IMG/VR virus record: IMGVR_UViG_3300047550_005955
Span: 1-58,558 of that record
DNA: 58,558 bases
Strand: one strand, 5' to 3'
Source of the DNA: a virus
Lineage: Duplodnaviria; Caudoviricetes
Shown: piece after piece, positions 1-9,837 of the stretch
Numbering within the stretch: the stretch's first letter is position 1
Layout: each line of letters begins with the position of its first letter
Made by a program: the position numbers and the translations under genes
The notes under the pieces: model-generated
The model's input: the letters and a program-made list of their open reading frames with translations, nothing else
What the model was told of the DNA's origin: nothing
Databases searched by the model: none

Positions 1-31
1 TTGTTTGTTGAAAAATAACCGGAGATAAACT

Positions 32-1483
32 GTGTCTTTTATTAAAAATGTAAGAACGCGCCGTGGTCCACAATTAAGTTTAAGCGCTTCCAGTGTGACA
101 ATAACTGGATCGTTGATCGGCACTTCTGTTTCTGGAACAACGGCACAGTTTTCTCAGATAACAAGTTCGGCAGTTCTGATCAATAATACGCTGTCGGTTA
201 TAGGTGTATCAACACTTGATGGTGTTTCAGGAACAACTGCACAGTTTACAAGCATAACAGGTTCTCATTCTGGTTCTGGTGCCGGCTTAACAGGTATACC
301 AAATGCTGCGCTCGTTAATAGTGCAATAACAATAGGAACAACCAGTGTTTCACTGGGTGGTTCTGCAACAACCATTCAGGGTGTGACAGTATTAACTGGC
401 TCAACGGTTACAGGTTCGACAGCGCTTTTTACAACAATAACTGGTTCAACTGTTACTGGGTCATCTGCGCAGTTTAATTATATTACCGGAACTGCATTTT
501 TTGCCAATTTTAATGGTTTCCCGTCTGGTGGCTTAAGCGCTCAAGAAAGGCTCAACATTGAGTCTTTTACAAAAATATATGCATCTGGATCTATAACGGC
601 TCAAAGTGGAACAGCGGCGAATCCTGCGTTCAATTTTGGTGTTCAACCTGGTAGTGGAATGTTTTGGGCTGCAAATGCTCAAATTGGTTTTTCTGCAGGA
701 GGCACCGAAGCAGTGCGCATAATAAGAAGTTCGGGCATACCTAGAATAGGAATCGGAGAAATATCTCCGACTGCTCTTGTTCATGCAACTTTAGGCACAG
801 CAGTATTTGATCAGTGTAAAGTGTTGGTAGAAAATACTACTGCTGGAAATACAAATGCGTCGTATGAACTTCAAAGTACGCAGGGTCTTAAGGCAAAATA
901 TTTTCTTGTTCCATATAATGCCAACACTATTGGAGAGTGGTTTAATGGTGGCGTAATACACGCTACCGGCTCAACATCATTGACAAAAGATACTAATCTA
1001 TATTATTCGGCTACCACTCACAGATGGTATAGAAACGCGGGATCTGGTTCTGCCGACAGAATAATGACACTAGACACCAGTGGAAATCTAGGTCTTGGAG
1101 TACTTAATCCATCCTTGAGATTAGATGTGAGCGGCTCTGCGGTAATATCTGGTTCGCTTATTGTAAGTGGTGCGTTTTATGGAAATCTTACACAGATATC
1201 TTCTTCAACAACAAACTACACACTTGTAGCGGCTGATACAGGTAAGACAATAACAATAAACTCTGGATCCGCTGTTACATTAACTGTGCCAACTGGATTG
1301 CCAGTCGGGTTTAATACCGATATAATACAACTTGGTGCAGGACAAATAACTGTGAGTGGCGCAGTAGGTGTTACAATAAATAATCGTCAATCACAAACAA
1401 AAACAGCAGGTCAATATGCTGTTGTGTCTCTACTCTCCAGAGCAGCAGATTTGTTTATATTATCTGGCGATACAGGAGCGTAG
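32..1483 (+). CDS. Virion fibre/appendage protein (Ser/Thr/Gly-rich shaft, beta-rich C-terminal tip)
   Basis: GTG start with GGAG; ITGS/VTGS repeats, fibre-type GNLGLG..P..RLDVSG motif; central part paralogous to 27363..28859. Confidence 0.7.
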   Translation: MSFIKNVRTRRGPQLSLSASSVTITGSLIGTSVSGTTAQFSQITSSAVLINNTLSVIGVSTLDGVSGTTAQFTSITGSHSGSGAGLTGIPNAALVNSAITIGTTSVSLGGSATTIQGVTVLTGSTVTGSTALFTTITGSTVTGSSAQFNYITGTAFFANFNGFPSGGLSAQERLNIESFTKIYASGSITAQSGTAANPAFNFGVQPGSGMFWAANAQIGFSAGGTEAVRIIRSSGIPRIGIGEISPTALVHATLGTAVFDQCKVLVENTTAGNTNASYELQSTQGLKAKYFLVPYNANTIGEWFNGGVIHATGSTSLTKDTNLYYSATTHRWYRNAGSGSADRIMTLDTSGNLGLGVLNPSLRLDVSGSAVISGSLIVSGAFYGNLTQISSSTTNYTLVAADTGKTITINSGSAVTLTVPTGLPVGFNTDIIQLGAGQITVSGAVGVTINNRQSQTKTAGQYAVVSLLSRAADLFILSGDTGA

Positions 1484-1486
1484 TGT

Positions 1487-1744
1487 ATGGGAATATTTTT
1501 TTACAGACCTTCACGCGGACTTCAACTGGTTTTCTCAGAAAGTTTTGAATATCCAAATTGGGAACAGACATTTGATGTCAACAACCTTCCATCGCCGGCA
1601 TTTTCTGGTTCAGCAATATTTGCGGAAAGTTTTGAATATCCAAATTGGGAACAGACATTTGATGTCAACAACCTTCCATCGCCGGCATTTTCTGGTTCAG
1701 TAATATATACAGAAGATTTTGATTCTAGTTGGGATGACACTTGA
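1487..1744 (+). CDS. Small acidic 'FFY' protein with three E-[SD]-F-[ED]-x2-3-W motifs
   Basis: 85 aa, begins MGIFFY, internal 29-aa tandem repeat, fits between flanking + strand genes. Confidence 0.65.
   Translation: MGIFFYRPSRGLQLVFSESFEYPNWEQTFDVNNLPSPAFSGSAIFAESFEYPNWEQTFDVNNLPSPAFSGSVIYTEDFDSSWDDT
1538..1700. repeat. Perfect 76-bp direct repeat, 87-bp period
   Basis: 1538-1613 is identical to 1625-1700; in frame within 1487..1744. Confidence 0.95.
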
Positions 1745-1778
1745 TTGATGCTTTTAGATTTACATAGGAGAAGTATTT

Positions 1779-2492
1779 ATGGCACAGACAGATTGGTTAA
1801 TATTAAGTTCTAGTAACAATATAGTTGGAGGCGGCGACGGTACTGCCACTTTGCATGCAAGTATGTCCAATCCGATTACAAGTTCTGGTGCCTTTTGCAG
1901 AACGTTTCAAAGTAACGATGAAAATCGGTGCTATTCTGTTTTTGTTCCAACTAGTTTGACCAGTTCTGTTTCTGGGTTTTCTCTCAATAAAGCCTACTCT
2001 TTGCGATGCTGGGCTAGAGTTACATTTGATTCAGACAATAGTGTTGCTTTGAGATTTAAAAGTACAACTGATTTAGATTTCAGTTTTAGCAATGAAAATT
2101 CGTACAAAGGAAGCGATGGTACCAGTAAAACAGGTTACGTTGCGTATCTTACGTATAATAGTCTCAAATTTACTGCGCAAAACGATCGCTCTGACGCCAG
2201 CAATATCGTTAACGAGACCGCTGTTGGTTCTTTGACAACAGATACGTGGTACCGAATAAGAATGGATGTTATACCATATAGTAGTTCTTATGATGTTATT
2301 AATATATACACCGGTAGCGAGAATGATACTTGGGGTCTTGTTTATACTAAATCGATTGCAAATTCGTCTATTAATGCTTATGTTCCATGGAATACTGGTT
2401 CACGAGGAGGCATAGGACTTACCGCTTATAGTCGAAGTTCTGCGCGCCCATCTCACTTTGACAAATTTGAATATTATGAGGAAAACATTTAA
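1779..2492 (+). CDS. ConA/lectin-like jelly-roll protein, paralog family member 1
   Basis: AGGAG RBS; WYRIRMDVIP and terminal FDKFEY strands typical of ConA-like folds; similar to 5358, 6128, 35849. Confidence 0.6.
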   Translation: MAQTDWLILSSSNNIVGGGDGTATLHASMSNPITSSGAFCRTFQSNDENRCYSVFVPTSLTSSVSGFSLNKAYSLRCWARVTFDSDNSVALRFKSTTDLDFSFSNENSYKGSDGTSKTGYVAYLTYNSLKFTAQNDRSDASNIVNETAVGSLTTDTWYRIRMDVIPYSSSYDVINIYTGSENDTWGLVYTKSIANSSINAYVPWNTGSRGGIGLTAYSRSSARPSHFDKFEYYEENI

Positions 2493-2502
2493 AGTATTTA
2501 CC

Positions 2503-2510
2503 CTATTTAT
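2503..2510 (+). promoter_or_regulatory. Putative late-promoter motif (C/A)TATTTA(T/C), one of many copies
   Basis: Same motif about 15-60 nt upstream of starts at 5330, 6104, 15019, 15041, 24541, 24675, 28912, 31970, 32589, 36574, 39994, 42907. Confidence 0.65.
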
Positions 2511-2532
2511 ATAAAAAGAAGAGGATAACAAA

Positions 2533-2937
2533 ATGTCGACAGATTTTATGAGTTTACACAGACCGGGTATAGGTAATGCTAGTTCTTATCAGGTATCTGG
2601 TATTCCTTGGGTATCTAGTTCTCTTGCTGTTCCGGCAACTAGCAGTGCTCCATTAGAAATATCTTTTCCGTTGGTTACTAAATCGATAATAGTAAAAAAT
2701 ATTTCTACGGGTAGTGTAAGTTTGAAAGTCGGATTTAGCGCCAATGGTGTATCCTCTGGATTTAACTATTTTTCTCTTTCTGCCGGTGAAAGTTTTTCGG
2801 CAGATCTAAAGATAACAAAACTATATCTTTTGTCAAGTACCGGTACACAACTGTCTGCTAGTGTGATTGCTGGATTAACAAACATCCCGGCAACAGAACT
2901 AGTAAGTAACTGGTCCGGTTCTGTGGGGGTCGGATGA
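2533..2937 (+). CDS. Hypothetical beta-rich virion protein
   Basis: GAGG RBS and late motif upstream; 134 aa, Ser-rich. Confidence 0.7.
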   Translation: MSTDFMSLHRPGIGNASSYQVSGIPWVSSSLAVPATSSAPLEISFPLVTKSIIVKNISTGSVSLKVGFSANGVSSGFNYFSLSAGESFSADLKITKLYLLSSTGTQLSASVIAGLTNIPATELVSNWSGSVGVG

Positions 2938-2938
2938 T

Positions 2939-4531
2939 ATGAGTTTTAATGATGGCTTTTCTATAAAAGGTATTCCGTTTGTATCTCCAATCCCAAATAC
3001 CGCTTCTCTTCTAATCTCAAATCCTGAAGGAACGGGATGGATTGCTGGTGATCTTGTTGACAATGTTGCGAGTGCATCCATAAATATTATATCAACAGTA
3101 GAAACCTCGGGCAATATCGAAGGCAACGGATCCTCAGTAGATAAAGTCAGACTAAAAAACAACATATCTCTGAATAGTGTTACTTCTTCTTTTAAAGGTA
3201 ATCTAGACGGTACATCCAGTTTTTCAATAAACTCTGAAACCGCATCTTATGTTCCAACTGGATCCGCAATACCAACATTTACTTCTGATGTTCGTGCACA
3301 ACTAAGTGGCTCGCAATATGTAACATATGGCGCTGTCAGCGGTGTAATATCTTTGCCATTTACTGGATCTACTCTCGGAACAACGCCGGTTATTTTAGGT
3401 ACAACAGTTATCAACATAAGTGGTCTGACCAGCATAGAGTCCACAAGCATAACCGCGTCTTCTGTTACTGCCAGTAATCTTCTTTCAACAAGAGCAGAAC
3501 TTAACAGCCTAACAGCCTCTTTCATAACATCAAGTCAAATACTTGCAACAAAAGAGCAACTAAATGAATTGACTGCATCTTTCATAACATCAAGTCAAAT
3601 ACTGGCAACAAAATCTCAGGTTAATAATCTAACTGCATCTTTGATAACATCAAGTCAAATATTGGCAACAAACGAGCAACTAACTTATTTAACTGCCTCA
3701 TTCATAACAGGCACACAACTTACGATCGATTATATAGACTACAATACATTAGCACCGGTACCAGCATTTAAAACCGGTCGACTGCATTATAATCCTGATA
3801 CGGCAGATTTAGAATATGATACTGATATTTCTAACGTAACTGTTCAATATGGACAGCAAACAGTTATTAAAGTTAAAAATGAAAACATACAAACAATAAA
3901 CAAGGGAAAACTCGTTAGAATAGTGGGTGGCTCTGGTGCAAATCCACTTATACGCACTGCTAGTTGGGAAAACGATGCCAACTCAGCAAATACACTCGGC
4001 ATGGTAATGCAAACAGTGTCACCAAATGGATTTACGTATGTGTTGTTGAATGGCGTTATTAAAGATATTAATCTACCAACAGCCACTTATACCGCTGGTG
4101 ACATATTGTATCTTTCTTCTAGCGGAGACTATACAAACGTTAAACCCGCTGCTCCAATACACACAGTGAGAGTAGGCGAGGTGGTACGTGCCCAAACAAG
4201 TACTGGTGTTGCGTTTATAAAAATAGATAACGGATATGAACTCGATGAACTACATGATGTTGTGGCAAAAACAGCATCATTGGGTGATTTAATAGCATAT
4301 GACGAATCTAATATGGTCTGGAGAAGCACAAAAACACTAAGTGGCAGTTATGTTGTTACAGGAACACTGTCTGCATCAAATATAACAGTCAATACGTTGA
4401 CTGGTTCAAAAATGTTCTTTAGTGCCAGCAACCCATCAAACTGGACGTCGCCGGCACCAACAACCATAGCGGATGCGATTAATAGAATAGCAGCAGCAGT
4501 TAGTGGCATATTAACCGGCACAATACCATGA
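2939..4531 (+). CDS. Fibre-like protein with 20-aa repeats and a capsid-cement-like C-terminal domain
   Basis: TASFITSSQILATKEQLNEL repeats; GKLVRIVG..TLGMV..NG.I..YTAGDILYLSS..G.YTNVKP pattern. Confidence 0.6.
   Translation: MSFNDGFSIKGIPFVSPIPNTASLLISNPEGTGWIAGDLVDNVASASINIISTVETSGNIEGNGSSVDKVRLKNNISLNSVTSSFKGNLDGTSSFSINSETASYVPTGSAIPTFTSDVRAQLSGSQYVTYGAVSGVISLPFTGSTLGTTPVILGTTVINISGLTSIESTSITASSVTASNLLSTRAELNSLTASFITSSQILATKEQLNELTASFITSSQILATKSQVNNLTASLITSSQILATNEQLTYLTASFITGTQLTIDYIDYNTLAPVPAFKTGRLHYNPDTADLEYDTDISNVTVQYGQQTVIKVKNENIQTINKGKLVRIVGGSGANPLIRTASWENDANSANTLGMVMQTVSPNGFTYVLLNGVIKDINLPTATYTAGDILYLSSSGDYTNVKPAAPIHTVRVGEVVRAQTSTGVAFIKIDNGYELDELHDVVAKTASLGDLIAYDESNMVWRSTKTLSGSYVVTGTLSASNITVNTLTGSKMFFSASNPSNWTSPAPTTIADAINRIAAAVSGILTGTIP
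3511..3710. repeat. 60-bp in-frame tandem repeat, about 3.3 copies
   Basis: ACWGCMTCT TTSATAACATCAAGTCAAAT units at about 3511, 3571, 3631 and a partial unit at 3691. Confidence 0.9.
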
Positions 4532-4542
4532 GGTAAAATGTT

Positions 4543-5322
4543 TTGTTTTTTTATTCGTCACCAGATCCACAACAGATCACTGGAAGCAACAACAGTGGAC
4601 AAAATAGTGGTTCGCAAAACGCGTCCGGTTCAAGTGGCTCTGTATCACTAACATATTCTTTTCAGGAACAGTTTGAAGATAGTTCCTGGCCAGGCTCAAC
4701 AAGAATAGATTGGACCGGAGTTGCTGATCCTGCTTCCGAAGCAGCAAATCTAGACTTTTCTGGGCTCTGGAGCGAATATGTTATTTATACCAGCATCTTC
4801 TCTTCATCTTTTGATATTGGTTCGGAATCTATGCAAGAACTATATGAGTATGGTTTGTCCGGATATGTCGATCCGCAGTTTCTTTTGGAACCAAATATTG
4901 ACGAGCAGTTTGACGACAACTCTTGGGATGGATTAACAAAAATCGATTGGACAGGAGTAGAAGATCCTGCTTCTTCCGCTGCCGATTTAGAACTATACGG
5001 ATCGTGGAGTGGAACTGTTTTATATTCATCAGTACCACAGCCAGATTTTACTAGTGGAAGCGATGGTTTTACAGAAATATACGAATATATGTCGACATAT
5101 GTCGAACCACAGTTTCTTCTAGAACCACAGATTAACGAACAGTTTGAAGATGCTTCTTGGGGAGGCTTATCAAAGATTGATTGGACAGGAGTGGAAGATC
5201 CGTATTCTTCTGCTGGTAGTTTAGAACTATACGGTTTGTGGAGCGGTACCGTTCTTTATTCGTCTGTACCACAACCAGATTTTGGTAGCGGTGTCTCTAA
5301 TTTCACAGAGACATATGAATGA
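4543..5322 (+). CDS. Acidic 'FFY' protein with three ~80-aa repeats (EQFEDxSW..IDWTGVEDP..E.YE)
   Basis: TTG start 8 nt after GAGGT; begins MFFY; very acidic. Confidence 0.7.
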   Translation: MFFYSSPDPQQITGSNNSGQNSGSQNASGSSGSVSLTYSFQEQFEDSSWPGSTRIDWTGVADPASEAANLDFSGLWSEYVIYTSIFSSSFDIGSESMQELYEYGLSGYVDPQFLLEPNIDEQFDDNSWDGLTKIDWTGVEDPASSAADLELYGSWSGTVLYSSVPQPDFTSGSDGFTEIYEYMSTYVEPQFLLEPQINEQFEDASWGGLSKIDWTGVEDPYSSAGSLELYGLWSGTVLYSSVPQPDFGSGVSNFTETYE

Positions 5323-5357
5323 TAGTATTCTATTTATATATACAAGGATAAAACGAC

Positions 5358-6104
5358 GTGGCTCTGACAGATTTTATATACGCTAGTAATCAAGGTTCTG
5401 GTGTTTTTACTACCGGCATTAGCGGTTCTACCGTTGCTCATAGTGCGCTCCCATCTCCACTACAAAACAATGGAAACTATTGCAGATACTGGAGAAGTAA
5501 CTACGGCTCAACCGGATATGTTAATCTTCTTGTCGCGGCAAATATATCGGGATTTAAATCGATTCCATCTACAAAAGCAGTGTCTGTGCGCGCTTGGCTT
5601 AGACCCGGCGCTGCTGCATCGGGTCGACCTGGTTATATTGGTTTGGTAGCGAAAGCGTCATCTGCAACGACACTAACTCCATCATGGGGATACAATTTTT
5701 ATATATTCGATAACACTAACTTTGCTGTTAATTTTGGTAGTATCATTAATACTGATTTTATTAGAAAATATGCAAATCCAACCGGAGGATCATTATACAG
5801 CAACTGGACACATATGAGAATGGACGTTATTCCGGTAAAAAACACGTCAAACAATATTGTTGCCGATAGAGTCAGGTGTTTTGTAGGAGACGGAAATATT
5901 AATGGCGAAACTTGGACTCTTGTTTCAGATCGATTTGCTGAAGCAACTGTACCATCTGGTATAACCCCACAATTTAAAAGTTGGGCTTCGGCAACTGACG
6001 CATATTACGGCTTTGGATCACACGGATCGGAACCAGGAAACGTTCAATTTAAAAACCTTGAGTTCTACGCGGACAACTTAGAGATATTGACAAAAACAAT
6101 ATAA
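5358..6104 (+). CDS. ConA/lectin-like jelly-roll protein, member 2
   Basis: MALTDF..YCRYW..AVSVRAWLR..WTHMRMDVIP..YADNLEI. Confidence 0.6.
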   Translation: MALTDFIYASNQGSGVFTTGISGSTVAHSALPSPLQNNGNYCRYWRSNYGSTGYVNLLVAANISGFKSIPSTKAVSVRAWLRPGAAASGRPGYIGLVAKASSATTLTPSWGYNFYIFDNTNFAVNFGSIINTDFIRKYANPTGGSLYSNWTHMRMDVIPVKNTSNNIVADRVRCFVGDGNINGETWTLVSDRFAEATVPSGITPQFKSWASATDAYYGFGSHGSEPGNVQFKNLEFYADNLEILTKTI

Positions 6105-6127
6105 TATTTACACCAGAGGATAACATT

Positions 6128-6826
6128 GTGGCACAAACAGATTTTACATTTTATGCGGGTGGTGCTGGTGGCATGGATACCTATTTACCATCACAAGGAA
6201 AGGCAACTTTCAACTCTGCGCTGTCTTCCCCTTTTACTGATGGTGGTATGTTTTGTCGAGAATGGTATACAAGATATTCTTCTGGTGACACTGGTTTTTT
6301 TGCAAGAATCAATCAGACTGGTTCTGTTGATAAGTTTACTGGCATGTATGCTGTTTCTATGCGTTGTGCCATAAGACCCGCTACTGCATCAAACGGAGAA
6401 ATAGTAACAAAAGCCGGTTTAATAGGCAAGGGTACCGCTACATATACTGCGATCAATTCAAACTCTTATTATTTTAGAGTAGAAAACAATACACAGTTTA
6501 ATTTTATGGGAACATCCATCAATAATCCTCTTAATACATCTCTTATGAATAAATGGACAAACTTAAGATTAGATGTTATTCCTGTTTTGTCTAATGCGAC
6601 AGTTACATCTGATATTGTGACAGCGTATGTTGAAAGTGGCTCTTTTGGTTCTGGTGAGTGGACACAAGTAACATCAAGTACGCTGGAAGTTGGAAATGCT
6701 AAGTTTATTGCTTGGGATAAGACAACTAAATTTTTTGGATTTGGTTTCTATGGAAATCCAGTTGCTGCAGCAGTACAGACCTGTTACTTTGATAAGTTTC
6801 AAGTTTACATAGACCCTCTCTCGTGA
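6128..6826 (+). CDS. ConA/lectin-like jelly-roll protein, member 3
   Basis: MAQTDF..FCREW..AVSMRCAIR..WTNLRLDVIP..YFDKFQV. Confidence 0.6.
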   Translation: MAQTDFTFYAGGAGGMDTYLPSQGKATFNSALSSPFTDGGMFCREWYTRYSSGDTGFFARINQTGSVDKFTGMYAVSMRCAIRPATASNGEIVTKAGLIGKGTATYTAINSNSYYFRVENNTQFNFMGTSINNPLNTSLMNKWTNLRLDVIPVLSNATVTSDIVTAYVESGSFGSGEWTQVTSSTLEVGNAKFIAWDKTTKFFGFGFYGNPVAAAVQTCYFDKFQVYIDPLS

Positions 6827-6899
6827 TTTTTTTACTTGTCTTTTTATAACGACGAGAGACTATATAAAATATAAAGTCGATTAGACTGGGAAAGTAAAG

Positions 6900-7037
6900 A
6901 TGTTTTTTTATTCTGAACCAGCAACAGTCCAAGTACCAGAAAACAACACGCCTGAAGTTCCAAACGGGGCTATTATGATTGAAGAGGGACTGTATCTTGT
7001 TTCGGAAGAAAACGGACTTTATATTGTACTAGAATAA
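6900..7037 (+). CDS. 45-aa acidic 'FFY' peptide (absent from ORF track)
   Basis: Manual translation MFFYSEPATVQVPENNTPEVPNGAIMIEEGLYLVSEENGLYIVLE*; fills the intergenic gap. Confidence 0.65.
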   Translation: MFFYSEPATVQVPENNTPEVPNGAIMIEEGLYLVSEENGLYIVLE

Positions 7038-7054
7038 TCTAGGAGAGAGACAAA

Positions 7055-7615
7055 ATGACGATTGTTAAAATATCTGAACTTACTTCATCTGCCGGCGTTT
7101 CATCTGGTGATTTATTTATCACCGCAGTAAGTGGAGCGGGTGGTTTCTCAACAAGAAAAGCAACAGCAGCACAGATATCAACTTATGTTAACTCAAGCCT
7201 CGACTCCCGTATTGCTTCAGAAGAAAGCACAAGAAGTTCTTCAGACAGCAGTTTAACCAGTCGCTTATCAAGCGAAGAATCAACCCGTGTTAGTGCCGAT
7301 TCTAGCATCGAGGCTCTTTTGGGAACAGGTTTGGCAACAGCAGTAGCAACATTAAGTTCGAATACTACTCTGGATACCTCTCATCACGTAATATTGGTAG
7401 ATGCAACATCTGCAGAGGTTACATTAACTCTACCAAATGCAACAACAACATCTGCAAGACAATATATGATTAAAAAGAAAGATTCCAGTTCTAATGCTGT
7501 TGTTGTTTCTGCGTCCAACTCACAAACAATAGATGGTCAAGCATCTACGTCTTTCAATACACAATATGAAGCAATAATGGTTGTAAGTGACGGTAGCAAC
7601 TGGTTTATATTCTAA
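7055..7615 (+). CDS. Short fibre: KISEL N-terminus, 18-aa coiled-coil repeats, small C-terminal tip domain
   Basis: AGGAG RBS; SEESTRSSSDSSLTSRL repeats as in 28979; VILVDAT..TLTLP..IKKKDS..SDGSNWFI tip. Confidence 0.7.
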   Translation: MTIVKISELTSSAGVSSGDLFITAVSGAGGFSTRKATAAQISTYVNSSLDSRIASEESTRSSSDSSLTSRLSSEESTRVSADSSIEALLGTGLATAVATLSSNTTLDTSHHVILVDATSAEVTLTLPNATTTSARQYMIKKKDSSSNAVVVSASNSQTIDGQASTSFNTQYEAIMVVSDGSNWFIF

Positions 7616-7636
7616 TCTTGGAAATAGGAGAAAAAA

Positions 7637-9370
7637 ATGTCTTATAATCCAAGAATAAAAAATATATCAGGTGGAACTGTAGATATATCTGGCTCATTAG
7701 CAGCGACAAATGTTTCTACATATGTGAGCGCATCAAATGCCAATATAGCAACTGTTGTTGCAAACAGTATAAGCGCTTCAACGGTTGATTCCGGAACTTC
7801 TTTAGATATAACACTAAAATCAGTTAAATCTTCGATCAGAAAAGTTACTTCCGGTACCAGCGTGCAAACTACTGATAGCGTTATATTGGTTGATGCAGCA
7901 AGTGGAAGTGTGGGTTTAACTCTTCCATCTGCCTCCCTTGTTCCCGGACAAAGATTTACTGTGAAAAAAGTTGATTCTACTGGCAATATCGTGTCGATAT
8001 ATCCACAAAAATCATCTTCGTCTTCTTCTTATTATGAAACAGATATATTATCTGGAAGTTTAGCCGTCACCAGTGGTGACGGCTTTGGTTATTCTGTGTC
8101 CTTAAATGATACTGGAGACAAAATGGCTGTTGGAGCATATCAGGACGAGAGCACTGGTCGTGTTTATGTTTTTTCTATAATAAATAATATTTGGATACAA
8201 GAAAAAATACTTAGCGGCTCCTTGTCCACTAGTGATGATATGTTTGGATATAAAGTTCTTATGAATCCTAGTGGCAACACAATATTTGTGGGTGTTCCAT
8301 TTGACGAAAAAGCACTGGTATCATCAACAGGGTTGGTGTATGTTTTTACGAGTGGCAGTTTCGGTTGGACCGAAACTGCGGTGTTGAGTGGTTCGCGCGC
8401 AATTGATGCTAGCGATAGTTTTGGATACTCTATTTCTCTTAATTCCTCTGGCAATCGATTGGTTGTCGGCGCCCTTACTGACGATCGTGCATCTGGCGGA
8501 ACAGATTGCGGATTAGCGTATGTTTTTTCTAGTGGAAGCGGCGGATGGATTGAGACCGCAATATTAAGCGGCACTTTGGCGTCCGGATCCGGTGATTATT
8601 TTGGATTTTCTGTTTCGATTAACTCAAATGGAGATAGAGTGGTAGTCGGCGCGCGCCAAGATGAAAGAAGTAGCCAAGTAACTACCCGTAACGAAGGATT
8701 GGCCTATGTGTTTGTCAGTTCTAGTGGCGGATGGTCTCAAGATGCTATATTGAGCGGCACACTTGCAACAGATGCGAATGATTATTTTGGTTGTGCAGTA
8801 TCTATTAACTCTGTTGGCGATCGATTGGTTGTTGGTGCCTTGCAGGATGAAAGATCTGGTGGTGCTGCCTCCAGTGGACTTGCTTATGTTTATAATAGCG
8901 GAAGTACCGGCTGGACGCAAAACGGAATATTGAGCGGGACTTTAGCAACTGGATCGGCTGATTATTTCGGATATTCCGTTCTTATGAATTCAAGCGGCAA
9001 TAAAATAATCATAGGAGCACAGTCAGACGAAATACCAAGTGCATCAGCCGCATATCAAAACTCTGGTCTTGTTTATGTTTTCACTAGTGGAAGTTCTGGG
9101 TGGTTTCAGAGCGATATATTGAGTGGAAGCGGTATTCAAGTATCTGATTATTTTGGCTCATCTCTTGCCATCAATTCTAGTGGAGATAAAATTATTATTG
9201 GATCCTATGAAGACGAACCACTTACTGCATCAAATGCTGCTAGTTGGGGGACAGTTTATGTCTTTTCGCAAGTACAAACAGTTGACAGCGCTGGAAAAAA
9301 ATCACTATCTTCTCAAAACGAATCAGTAACGGTCATTAGCGATGGAACCGGAAGTTGGAGTATAATATGA
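7637..9370 (+). CDS. Appendage protein with 7-blade FG-GAP (integrin-alpha-like) beta-propeller
   Basis: Seven D.FG.SV.IN..GD...VGA..D...G.VYVF repeats. Confidence 0.85.
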   Translation: MSYNPRIKNISGGTVDISGSLAATNVSTYVSASNANIATVVANSISASTVDSGTSLDITLKSVKSSIRKVTSGTSVQTTDSVILVDAASGSVGLTLPSASLVPGQRFTVKKVDSTGNIVSIYPQKSSSSSSYYETDILSGSLAVTSGDGFGYSVSLNDTGDKMAVGAYQDESTGRVYVFSIINNIWIQEKILSGSLSTSDDMFGYKVLMNPSGNTIFVGVPFDEKALVSSTGLVYVFTSGSFGWTETAVLSGSRAIDASDSFGYSISLNSSGNRLVVGALTDDRASGGTDCGLAYVFSSGSGGWIETAILSGTLASGSGDYFGFSVSINSNGDRVVVGARQDERSSQVTTRNEGLAYVFVSSSGGWSQDAILSGTLATDANDYFGCAVSINSVGDRLVVGALQDERSGGAASSGLAYVYNSGSTGWTQNGILSGTLATGSADYFGYSVLMNSSGNKIIIGAQSDEIPSASAAYQNSGLVYVFTSGSSGWFQSDILSGSGIQVSDYFGSSLAINSSGDKIIIGSYEDEPLTASNAASWGTVYVFSQVQTVDSAGKKSLSSQNESVTVISDGTGSWSII

Positions 9371-9837
9371 CTTACAATCCAAGAATAAAAAACTCAGATA
9401 ATGGAACGGTAAGAGTATCAGGTAGTGTTGCTGTTAATAAAACAGGAACAAATATAAGTTGCAGTAACTTGACTGTAGATAACTCTTTAACTTTTTCTAA
9501 TGCAACTGGTAGTACTGGAAAACTATCTATATCTTCTTTTTCCGGAATAAAAACTCCAATAAGAAAAGTATCTGATAATACAAATATAAGTACCGATGAC
9601 TATGTTTTGCTGGTTAATGCTGGTAGCAAAACAATAAACATATCACTTCCTTCCTCATCTCAAGTTCCGGGGCAGTATTTTGTTGTCAAAAAAACAGATT
9701 CTAGTAATAACAATGTGATAATATCTGGTTCCTCAATAAGTGAAAAAATAGATGGGTCAAATGGACAAAGTTTGAAAACAAAAAATGAAACAATAAGACT
9801 TGTTAGTGATGGAAGTGGGAGTTGGAGCATAATATGA
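9367..9837 (+). CDS. MTYNPRI-family appendage protein
   Basis: ATGA overlap with upstream stop, GGAG RBS; paralog of the termini of 7637..9370. Confidence 0.75.
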   Translation: MTYNPRIKNSDNGTVRVSGSVAVNKTGTNISCSNLTVDNSLTFSNATGSTGKLSISSFSGIKTPIRKVSDNTNISTDDYVLLVNAGSKTINISLPSSSQVPGQYFVVKKTDSSNNNVIISGSSISEKIDGSNGQSLKTKNETIRLVSDGSGSWSII

